Assembly (NCBI GenBank): GCA_002189035.1
Contig: NEEC01000392.1
Coordinates: 1-19,435 of the forward strand
Length of the DNA stretch: 19,435 bases
Origin: Utricularia gibba
Taxonomy: Eukaryota; Plantae; Magnoliophyta
Direction: 5' to 3'
Positions 1 to 11,078 of this stretch are shown here, in pieces. The notes under the pieces are model-generated. The model was not told the DNA's origin and did no database searches. It saw only the letters and a list, made by a program, of their open reading frames with translations. Each line of letters begins with the position of its first letter. The first letter of the stretch is position 1. The translations under genes and the position numbers were made by a program.

Positions 1-7
1 GGGTTCT

Positions 8-3000
8 CATGACATCCTAACTAAAGCAAATGCATACGATTTCGTCGAGTACGACCCGATTGGGCTTAGTAGCCAGACCGAATCTCGGGCCCTGACAAAG
101 CTCCCAACTACAGCACCCACCTTAAAACGGCAAGCTGTTGCTTGAAAAACCATTTAGGCAGCCGCGAAACCCAACGTTGATAAATGCATCACTTATTTTC
201 CGGGCACAACTGACTATGGCCTGAGCCCGACCCGACCTCTGCCCAATCCGAAACCCCCAAGAGCGCCTTCTCAAATATATAGCAGAGTGTTGAGAAAACC
301 ATTGGGGTTCTCATGACATCCTAACTACATCAAATGCGTTACGATTTTCGTCGAGTGCGACCCGATTGGGCTTAGTAGCCAGACCGAATCTCGGGCCGGA
401 CAAAGCTCCCAACGACAGCACCCGCCTTTAAATGGCAAGCTGTTGCTTGAAAAACCATGTGGGCAGCCGCCGACAACCAACGTTAATAAATGCATCACTT
501 CTTTTGCCGGGCTACAGCTGACTTTGGCTCAAGCCCGACCCGAATCCGGCCCGATCTCGGTGACCCACAAAAGCGCCTTGTCAAGTGTAAAGCATGCTGT
601 TGAAAAAACCATTTGGGGTGGTCATGAGATCCTAACTTCAATAAAGGTATCACGATTTTCGTCGAATGGGATCAGATTGTGCTGTGAAAGTCAGACCAAA
701 CCTTGGGTCCTCACAAAGTTCCCAACAACAGCACCCGCAAAAAAACGACAACTTTTCCTTCAAAAAGCATGTAGGCAGCCACCGAAAACCCAACGTTAAT
801 AAATGCATCACTTTTTGGCCGGGCTACAAATGACTATGGGCCAGAGCGCGACTCGACCATTTGCTCGATACTAGTGCCCGCCTAGAGCGCCTCCTCAAAT
901 ATAAATCAGGTTGTTGAGAAAACCATTTGGGGTGCTCATGACATCCTAACTTCAAAAATGCATCACGATTTTCATCGAGTAGCACCCGATTGGGCTCAGA
1001 GCCAGACCGAACCTTGGGCCCAACAAAGCTGCCAACGACAGCACCGCCTTAAAATGGCAAGCTATTGCTTGAAAAACCATTTAGGCAGCCGCCGAAAACC
1101 CACGTTGATAAATGCATCACTTTTTTCCGGGCTACAACTGACTATGGCCTAGCCCGACCCGACCTCTGGCCCAATCCCGAAACCCCCAAGAGCGCCTTCT
1201 GAAATATAAAGTAGAGTGTTGAGAAAACCCATTGGGGTTCTCATGACATCCTAACTAAAGCAAATGCATTACGATTTCGTCGAGTACGACCCGATTGGGC
1301 TTAGTAGCCAGACCGAATCTCGGGCCCTGACAAAGCTCCCAACTACAGCACCCACCTTAAAACGGCAAGCTGTTGCTTGAAAAACCATTTAGGCAGCCGC
1401 CGAAAACCCATCGTTGATAAATGCATCACTTATTTTCCGGGCTACAACTGACTATTGGCCTGAGCCCGACCCGACCTCTGGCCCAATCCCGAAAACCCTC
1501 CGAGGCGCCTTCTCAATATATAGCAGAGTGTTGAGAAAACCCATTGGGGTTTCATGACATCCTAACTACATCAAATGCGTTACGATTTTCGTCGAGTGCG
1601 ACCCGATTGGGCTTAGTAGCCAGACCGAATCTCGGGCCGGACAAAGCTCCCAACGACAGCACCCGCCTTTAAATGGCAAGCTGTTGCTTGAAAAACCATG
1701 TGGGCAGCCGCCGACAACCCAACGTTAATAAATGCATCACTTCTTTTGCCGGGCTACAGCTGACTTTGGGCTCAAGCCCGACCCGAATCCGGCCCGATCT
1801 CGGTGACCCACAAAAGCGCCTTGTCAAGTGTAAAGCATGCTGTTGAAAAAAACCATTTGGGGTGGTCATGAGATCCTAACTTCAATAAAGGTGTCACGAT
1901 TTTCGTCGAATGGGATCGGATTGTGCTGTGAAGTCAGACCGAACCTTGGGTCCGGACGAAGTTCCCAACAACAGCACCCGCAAAAAAACGACAACTTTTC
2001 CTCGAAAAAGCATGTAGGCAGCCGCCGAAAACCCAACGTTAATAAATGCATCACTTTTTTGGCCGGGCTACAAATGACTATGGGCCAGAGCGCGACTCGA
2101 CCATTTGCTCGATACTAGTGCCAGCCTAGAGCGCCTCCTCAAATATAAATCAGGTTGTTGAGAAAACCATTTGGGGTGCTCATGACATCCTAACTTCAAA
2201 AAATGCATCACGATTTTCATCGAGTAGCACCCGATTGGGCTCAGGAGCCAGACCGAACCTTGGGCCCTTACAAAGCTGCCAACGACAGCACCCGCCTTAA
2301 AATGGCAAGCTATTGCTTGAAAAACCATTCAGGCAGCCGCCGAAAACCCAACGTTGATAAATGCATCACTTATTTTCCGGGCTACAACTGACTATGGGCC
2401 ATAGCCCGACCCGACCTCTGGCCCAATCCCGAAACCCCCAAGAGCGCCTTCTGAAAATAAAGTAGAGTGTTGAGAAAACCCATTGGGGTTCTCATGACAT
2501 CCTAACTAAAGCAAATGCATTACGATTTCGTCGAGTACGACCCGATTGGGCTTAGTAGCCAGACCGAATCTCGGGCCCTGACAAAGCTCCCAACTACAGC
2601 ACCCACCTTAAAACGGCAAGCTGTTGCTTGAAAAACCATTTAGGCAGCCGCCGAAAACCCAACGTTGATAAATGCATCACTTATTTTCCGGGCCACAACT
2701 GACTATGGCCTGAGCCCGACCCGACCTCTGGCCCAATCCCGAAACCCTCCGAGGCGCCTTCTCAAATATATAGCAGAGTGTTGAGAAAACCCATTGGGGT
2801 TCTCATGACATCCTAACTACATCAAATGCGTTACGATTTTCGTCGAGTGCGACCCGATTGGCTTAGTAGCCAGACCGAATCTCGGGCCGGACAAAGCTCC
2901 CAACGACAGCACCCGCCTTTAAATGGCAAGCTGTTGCTTGAAAAACCATGTGGGCAGCCGCCGACAACCCAACGTTAATAAATGCATCACTTCTTTTGCC

Positions 3001-6000
3001 GGGCTACAGCTGACTTGGGCTCAAGCCGACCCGAATCCGGCCCGATCTCGGTGACCCACAAAAGCGCCTTGTCAAGTGTAAAGCATGCTGTTGAAAAAAC
3101 CATTTGGGGTGGTCATGAGATCCTAACTTCAATAAAGGTGTCACGATTTTCGTCGAATGGGATCGGATTGTGCTGTGAAGTCAGACCGAACCTTGGGTCC
3201 GGACAAAGTTCCCAACAACAGCACCCGCAAAAAACGACAACTTTTCCTCAAAAAGCATGTAGGCAGCCCGAAAACCCAACGTTAATAAATGCATCACTTT
3301 TTGGCCGGGCTACAAATGACTATGGGCAGAGCGCGACTCGACCATTTGCTCGATACTAGTGCCAGCCTAGAGCGCCTCCTCAAATATAAATCAGGTTGTT
3401 GAGAAAACCATTTGGGGTGCTCATGACATCCTAACTTCAAAAATGCATCACGATTTTCATCGAGTAGCACCCGATTGGGCTCAGGAGCCAGACCGAACCT
3501 TGGGCCCTTACAAAGCTGCCAACGACAGCACCCGCCTTAAAATGGCAAGCTATTGCTTGAAAAACCATTCAGGCAGCCGCCGAAAACCCAACGTTGATAA
3601 ATGCATCACTTATTTTCCGGCACAACTGACTATGGCCATAGCCCGACCCGACCTCTGGCCCAATCCCGAAACCCCCCAAGAGCGCCTTCTGAAATATAAA
3701 GTAGAGTGTTGAGAAAACCCATTGGGGTTCTCATGACATCCTAACTAAAGCAAATGCATTACGATTTCGTCGAGTACGACCCGATTGGGCTTAGTAGCCA
3801 GACCGAATCTCGGGCCTGACAAAGCTCCCAACTACAGCACCCACCTTAAAACGGCAAGCTGTTGCTTGAAAAACCATTTAGGCAGCCGCCGAAAACCCAT
3901 CGTTGATAAATGCATCACTTATTTTCCGGGCTACAACTGACTATGGCCTGAGCCCGACCCGACCTCTGGCCCAATCCCGAAACCCTCCGAGGCGCCTTCT
4001 CAAATATATAGCAGAGTGTTGAGAAAACCCATTGGGGTTCTCATGATCCTAACTACATCAAATGCGTTACGATTTTCGTCGAGTGCGACCCGATTGGGCT
4101 TAGTAGCCAGACCGAATCTCGGGCCGGACAAAGCTCCCAACGACAGCACCCGCCTTTAAATGGCAAGCTGTTGCTTGAAAAACCATGTGGGCAGCCGCCG
4201 ACAACCCAACGTTAATAAATGCATCACTTCTTTTGCCGGGCTACAGCTGACTTTGGGCTCAAGCCCGACCCGAATCCGGCCCGATCTCGGTGACCCACAA
4301 AAGCGCCTTGTCAAGTGTAAGCATGCTGTTGAAAAAACCATTTGGGGTGGTCATGAGATCCTAACTTCAATAAAGGTGTCACGATTTTCGTCGAATGGGA
4401 TCGGATTGTGCTGTGAAGTCAGACCAAACCTTGGGTCCGGACAAAGTTCCCAACAACAGCACCCGCCAAAAAACGACAACTTTTCCTTCAAAAAGCATGT
4501 AGGCAGCCACCGAAAACCCAACGTTAATAAATGCATCACTTTTTGGCCGGGCTACAAATGACTATGGGCCAGAGCGCGACTCGACCATTTGCTCGATACT
4601 AGTGCCAGCCTAGAGCGCCTCCTCAAATATAAATCAGGTTGTTGAGAAAACCATTTGGGGTGCTCATGACATCCTAACTTCAAAAAATGCATCACGATTT
4701 TCATCGAGTAGCACCCGATTGGGCTCAGGAGCCAGACCGAACCTTGGGCCCTTACAAAGCTGCCAACGACAGCACCCGCCTTAAAATGGCAAGCTATTGC
4801 TTGAAAAACCATTCAGGCAGCCGCCGAAAACCCAACGTTGATAAATGCATCACTTATTTTCCGGGCTACAACTGACTATGGGCCATAGCCCGACCCGACC
4901 TCTGGCCCAATCCCGAAACCCCCAAGAGCGCCTTCTGAAATATAAAGTAGAGTGTTGAGAAAACCCATTGGGGTTCTCATGACATCCTAAATAAAGCAAA
5001 TGCATTACGATTTCGTCGAGTACGACCCGATTGGGCTTAGTAGCCAGACCGAATCTCGGCCCTGACAAAGCTCCCAACTACAGCACCCACCTTAAAACGG
5101 CAAGCTGTTGCTTGAAAAACCATTTAGGCAGCCGCCGAAAACCCAACGTTGATAAATGCATCACTTATTTTCCGGGCACAACTGACTATGGCCTGAGCCC
5201 GACCCGACCTCTGGCCCAATCCCGAAACCCCGAGGGCGCCTTCTCAAATATATAGCAGAGTGTTGAGAAAACCCATTGGGTTCTCATGACATCCTAACTA
5301 CATCAAATGCGTTACGATTTTCGTCGAGTGCGACCCGATTGGGCTTAGTAGCCAGACCGAATCTCGGGCCGGACAAAGCTCCCAACGACAGCACCCGCCT
5401 TTAAATGGCAAGCTGTTGCTTGAAAAACCATGTGGGCAGCCGCCGACAACCCAACGTTAATAAATGCATCACTTCTTTGCCGGGCTACAGCTGACTTTGG
5501 GCTCAAGCCCGACCCGAATCCGGCCCGATCTCGACCCACAAAAGCGCCTTGTCAAGTGTAAAGCATGCTGTTGAAAAAACCATTTGGGGTGGTCATGAGA
5601 TCCTAACTTCAATAAAGGTGTCACGATTTTCGTCGAATGATTGTGCTGTAAGTCAGACCAAACTTGGGTTCCCAACAACAGCACCCGCAAAAAACGAACT
5701 TTTCCTTAAAAAGCATGTAGGCAGCCCGAAAACCCAACGTTAATAAATGCATCACTTTTTGGCCGGGCTACAAATGACTATGGGCCAGAGCGCGACTCGA
5801 CCATTTGCTCGATACTGGTGCCCGCCTAGAGCGCCTCCTCAAATATAAATCAGGTTGTTGAGAAAACCATTTGGGTGCTCATGACATCCTAACTTCAGCA
5901 AATGCATCACGATTTTCATCGAGTAGCACCCGATTGGGCTCAGGAGCCAGACCGAACCTTGGGCCCTAACAAAGCTGCCAACGACACCGCCTTAAAACGG

Positions 6001-7429
6001 CAAGCTATTGCTTGAAAAACCATTTAGGCAGCCGCCGAAAACCCACGTTGATAAATGCATCACTTATTTTCCGGGCTACAACTGACTATTGGCCTGAGCC
6101 CGACCCGACCTCTGGCCCAATCCCGAAACCCCCGAGCGCCTTCTCAAATATATAGCAGAGTGTTGAGAAAACCCATTGGGGTTCTCATGACATCCTAACT
6201 AAAGCAAATGCATTACGATTTCGTCGAGTACGACCCGATTGGGCTTAGTAGCCAGACCGAATCTCGGGCCCTGACAAAGCTCCCAACTACAGCACCCACC
6301 TTAAAACGGCAAGCTGTTGCTTGAAAAACCATTTAGGCAGCCGCCGAAAACCCATCGTTGATAAATGCATCACTATTTTCCGGGCTACAACTGACTATTG
6401 GCCTGAGCCCGACCCGACCTCTGGCCCAATCCCGAAACCCTCCGAGGGCGCCTTCTCAAATATATAGCAGAGTGTTGAGAAAACCCATTGGGGTTCTCAT
6501 GACATCCTAACTACATCAAATGCGTTACGATTTTCGTCGAGTGCGACCCGATTGGGCTTAGTAGCCAGACCGAATCTCGGGCCGGACAAAGCTCCCAACG
6601 ACAGCACCCGCTTTAAATGGCAAGCTGTTGCTTGAAAAACCATGTGGGCAGCCGCCGACAACCCAACGTTAATAAATGCATCACTTCTTTTGCCGGGCTA
6701 CAGCTGACTTTGGGCTCAAGCCCGACCCGAATCCGGCCCGATCTCGGTGACCCACAAAAGCGCCTTGTCAAGTGTAAAGCATGCTGTTGAAAAAACCATT
6801 TGGGGTGGTCATGAGATCCTAACTTCAATAAAGGTGTCACGATTTTCGTCGAATGGGATCGGATTGTGCTGTGAAGTCAGACCGAACCTTGGGTCCGGAC
6901 GAAGTTCCCAACAACAGCACCCGCAAAAAAACGACAACTTTTCCTCGAAAAAAGCATGTAGGCAGCCGCCGAAAACCCAACGTTAATAAATGCATCACTT
7001 TTTGGCCGGGCTACAAATGACTATGGGCCAGAGCGCGACTCGACCATTTGCTCGATACTAGTGCCAGCCTAGAGCGCCTCCTCAAATATAAATCAGGTTG
7101 TTGAGAAAACCATTTGGGGTGCTCATGACATCCTAACTTCAAAAAATGCATTTTTCATCGAGTAGCACCCGATTGGGCTCAGGAGCCAGACCGAACCTTG
7201 GGCCCTTACAAAGCTGCCAACGACAGCACCCGCCTTAAAATGGCAAGCTATTGCTTGAAAACCATTCAGGCAGCCGCCGAAAACCCAACGTTGATAAATG
7301 CATCACTTATTTTCCGGGCTACAACTGACTATGGGCCATAGCCCGACCCGACCTCTGGCCAATCCCGAAACCCCCAAGAGCGCCTTCTGAAATATAAAGT
7401 AGAGTGTTGAGAAAACCCATTGGGGTTCT
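8..7429. repeat. Higher-order repeat domain 1: six copies of a 4-monomer HOR (A-B-C-D), ~1.21-1.25 kb each
   Basis: Types are diagnosed by the sequence just after the anchor: A=CTAACTAAAGCAAATGCATT, B=CTAACTACATCAAATGCGTT, C=CATGAGATCCTAACTTCAATAAAGG, D=CTAACTTCAAAAAATGCATCACG. A copies start at 8, 1242, 2493, 3732, 4978, 6186 and 7430. The single GCATGC (SphI) site per HOR lies at 592, 1835, 3083, 4321, 5563 and 6779, giving spacings of 1216-1248 bp. Confidence 0.93.
2493..2803. repeat. Representative type-A monomer (311 bp), made of two diverged ~156-bp subunits
   Basis: The two halves share collinear motifs: GAGAAAACCCATTGGGG / GAAAAACCATTTAGGC, GACATCCTAAC / GAAAACCCAAC, AAATGCATTACG / AAATGCATCACT, GAGTACGAC / GG(C/T)(C/T)ACAAC, CCAGACCGAATCTCGGGCCC / CCCGACCCGACCTCTGGCCC and CAGCACC / G(A/G)GCGCC. 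The AAATGC motif is spaced 157 then 154 bp (1262, 1419, 1573). Hand count for this copy: A89 C94 G63 T65. Confidence 0.9.
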
Positions 7430-8656
7430 CATGACATCCTAAATAAAGCAAATGCATTACGATTTCGTCGAGTACGACCCGATTGGGCTTAGTAGCCAGA
7501 CCGAATCTCGGGCCCTGACAAAGCTCCCAACTACAGCACCCACCTTAAAACGGCAAGCTGTTGCTTGAAAAACCATTTAGGCAGCCGCCGAAAACCCACG
7601 TTGATAAATGCATCACTTATTTTCCGGGCTACAACTGACTATTGGCCTGAGCCCGACCCGACCTCTGGCCCAATCCCGAAACCCCGAGAGCGCCTTCTCA
7701 AATATATAGCAGAGTGTTGAGAAAACCCATTGGGGTTCTCATGACATCCTAACTAAAGCAAATGCATTACGATTTCGTCGAGTACGACCCGATTGGGCTT
7801 AGTAGCCAGACCGAATCTCGGGCCCTGACAAAGCTCCCAACGACAGCACCCACCTTAAAACGGCAAGCTGTTGCTTGAAAAACCATTTAGGCAGCCGCCG
7901 AAAACCCAACGTTGATAAATGCATCACTTATTTTCCGGGCTACAACTGACTATTGGCCTGAGCCCGACCCGACCTCTGGCCCAATCCCGAAACCCCCCAA
8001 GAGCGCCTTCAATATAAAAGAGTGTTGAGAAAACCCATTGGGGTGGTCATGACATCCTAACTCAAAATGTTACGATTTTCGTCGAGACCCGATTGGCTAG
8101 TAGCCAGACCGAATCTCGGGCCGGACAAAGCTCCCAACGACAGCACCCGCCTTTAAATGGCAAGCTTTTGCTTGAAAAACCATGTGGGCAGCCGCCGAAA
8201 ACCCAACGTTAATAAATGCATCACTTTTTTGGCCGGGCTACAAATGACTATGGGCCAGAGCGCGACTCGACCATTTGCTCGATACTGGTGCCCGCCTAGA
8301 GCGCCTCCTCAAATATAAATCAGGTTGTTGAGAAAACCATTTGGGGTGCTCATGACATCCTAACTTCAGCAAATGCATCACGATTTTCATCGAGTAGCAC
8401 CGATTGGGCTCAGGAGCCAGACCGAACCTTGGGCCCTACAAAGCTGCCAACGACAGCACCCGCCTTAAAACGGCAAGCTATTGCTTGAAAAACCATTTAG
8501 GCAGCCGCCGAAAACCCAACGTTGATAAATGCATCACTTATTTTCCGGGCTACAACTGACTATTGGCCTGAGCCCGACCCGACCTCTGGCCCAATCCCGA
8601 AACCCTAGAGCGCCTTCTCAAATATATAGAGTGTTGAGAAAACCCATTGGGGTTCT
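7430..8656. repeat. Irregular transition zone (A, A, mosaic E-like, D') between the two HOR domains
   Basis: Two consecutive A-type monomers (7430, 7740) are followed by a monomer at 8048. That monomer has a C-like start (GGGTGGTCATG), a B-like body with small deletions and a C-like end. A D' monomer follows at 8351. Confidence 0.8.
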
Positions 8657-10820
8657 CATGACATCCTAACTAAAGCAAATGCATTACGATTTCGTCGAGT
8701 ACGACCCGATTGGGCTTAGTAGCCAGACCGAATCTCGGGCCCTGACAAAGCTCCCAACTACAGCACCCACCTTAAAACGGCAAGCTGTTGCTTGAAAAAC
8801 CATTTAGGCAGCCGCCGAAAACCCATCGTTGATAAATGCATCACTTATTTTCCGGGCTACAACTGACTATTGGCCTGAGCCCGACCCGACCTCTGGCCCA
8901 ATCCCGAAACCCTCCGAGGGCGCCTTCTCAAATATATAGCAGAGTGTTGAGAAAACCCATTGGGGTTCTCATGACATCCTAACTACATCAAATGCGTTAC
9001 GATTTTCGTCGAGTGCGACCCGATTGGGCTTAGTAGCCAGACCGAATCTCGGGCCGGACAAAGCTCCCAACGACAGCACCCGCCTTTAAATGGCAAGCTG
9101 TTGCTTGAAAAACCATGTGGGCAGCCGCCGACAACCCAACGTTAATAAATGCATCACTTCTTTTGCCGGGCTACAGCTGACTTTGGCTCAAACCGACCCG
9201 AATCCGGCCCGATCTCGGTGACCCACAAAAGCGCCTTGTCAAGTGTAAAGCATGCTGTTGAAAAAACCATTTGGGGTGGTCATGAGATCCTAACTTCAAT
9301 AAAGGTGTCACGATTTTCGTCGAATGGGATCTGCTGAAGTCAGACCGAACCTTGGGTCCGGACGAAGTTCCCAACAACAGCACCCGCAAAAAAACGACAA
9401 CTTTTCCTCGAAAAAGCATGTAGGCAGCCGCCGAAAACCCAACGTTAATAAATGCATCACTTTTTGGCCGGGCTACAAATGACTATGGGCCAGAGCGCGA
9501 CTCGACCATTTGCTCGATACTAGTGCCAGCCTAGAGCGCCTCCTCAAATATAAATCAGGTTGTTGAGAAAACCATTTGGGGTGCTCATGACATCCTAACT
9601 TCAAAAAATGCATCACGATTTTCATCGAGTAGCACCCGATTGGGCTCAGGAGCCAGACCGAACCTTGGGCCCTTACAAAGCTGCCAACGACAGCACCCGC
9701 CTTAAAATGGCAAGCTATTGCTTGAAAAACCATTCAGGCAGCCGCCGAAAACCCAACGTTGATAAATGCATCACTTATTTTCCGGGCTACAACTGACTAT
9801 GGGCCATAGCCCGACCCGACCTCTGGCCCAATCCCGAAACCCCCCAAGAGCGCCTTCTGAAATATAAAGTAGAGTGTTGAGAAAACCCATTGGGGTTCTC
9901 ATGACATCCTAACTAAAGCAAATGCATTACGATTTCGTCGAGTACGACCCGATTGGGCTTAGTAGCCAGACCGAATCTCGGGCCCTGACAAAGCTCCCAA
10001 CTACAGCACCCACCTTAAAACGGCAAGCTGTTGCTTGAAAAACCATTTAGGCAGCCGCCGAAAACCCAACGTTAATATGCATCACTTATTTTCCGGGCCA
10101 CAACTGACTATGGGCCTGAGCCCGACCCGACCTCTGGCCCAATCCTGAAACCCCCCAAGAGCGCCTTCTGAAATATAAAAGAGTGTTGAGAAAACCATTG
10201 GGGTTCTCATGACATCCTAACTACAGCAAATGCGTTACGATTTTCGTCGAGTGCGACCCGATTGGGCTTAGTAGCCAGACCGAATCTCGGGCCGGACAAA
10301 GCTCCCAACGACAGCACCCGCCTTTAAATGGCAAGCTGTTGCTTGAAAAACCATGTGGGCAGCCGCCGACAACCCAACGTTAATAAATGCATCACTTTTT
10401 TGGCCAGGCTACAAATGACTATGGGCCAGAGCGCGACTCGACCATTTGCTCGATACTGGTGCCGCCTAGAGCGCCTCCTCAAATATAAATCAGGTTGTTG
10501 AGAAAACCATTTGGGGTGCTCATGACATCCTAACTTCAGCAAATGCATCACGATTTTCATCGAGTAGCACCCGATTGGGCTCAGAGCCAGACCGAACCTT
10601 GGGCCCTACAAAGCTGCCAACGACAGCACCGCCTTAAAACGGCAAGCTATTGCTTGAAAAACCATTTAGGCAGCCGCCGAAAACCCACGTTGATAAATGC
10701 ATCACTTATTTTCCGGGCTACAACTGACTATGGCCTAGCCCGACCCGACCTCTGGCCCAATCCCGAAAAAGAGCGCCTTCTCAAATATAAGCAGAGTGTT
10801 GAGAAAACCATTGGGGTTCT

Positions 10821-11078
10821 CATGACATCCTAACTAAAGCAAATGCATTACGATTTCGTCGAGTACGAGCTTAGTAACAAAGCTCCAACTACAGAAACGG
10901 CAAGCTGTTGCTTGAAAAACCAGGCAGCCGCCGAAACCCATCGTTGATAAATGCATCACTTATTTTCCGGGCTACAACTGACTATGGCCTGAGCCCGACC
11001 CGACCTCTGGCCCAATCCCGAAACCCTCCGAGAGCGCCTTCTCAAAATATATGTGTTGAGAAAACCCATTGGGGTTCT
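10821..11078. repeat. Truncated extra A-type monomer (258 bp) with several internal deletions
   Basis: Relative to the A consensus it lacks CCCGATTGG (9 bp), GCCAGACCGAATCTCGGGCCCTG (23 bp), CACCCACCTTA (11 bp) and about 4 bp in CCATTTAGG, all within ~70 bp. It is directly followed by a full A monomer. Confidence 0.85.

Noticed and set aside
2141-2150. TATA-like (TATAAA) and AATAAA motifs repeated in the monomers
   Set aside because: These are short AT words with no downstream gene structure, and there is no evidence of promoter or polyadenylation function from sequence alone.
2544-2738. 8-bp inverted repeat GATTGGGC / GCCCAATC within each A monomer
   Set aside because: About one such 8-bp inverted pair is expected by chance in a 312-bp sequence, and it does not extend.
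2641-2750. Telomere-like words (TTAGGC, AAACCCT)
   Set aside because: These are single isolated hexamers or heptamers per monomer, never tandem, and are consistent with chance.
8289-8306. Possible CENP-B box on the minus strand (CCCGCCTAGAGCGCC in E/D'-linked ends)
   Set aside because: Only 7 of the 9 essential positions of TTCG-N4-A-N2-CGGG match, and the motif is absent from most monomers.
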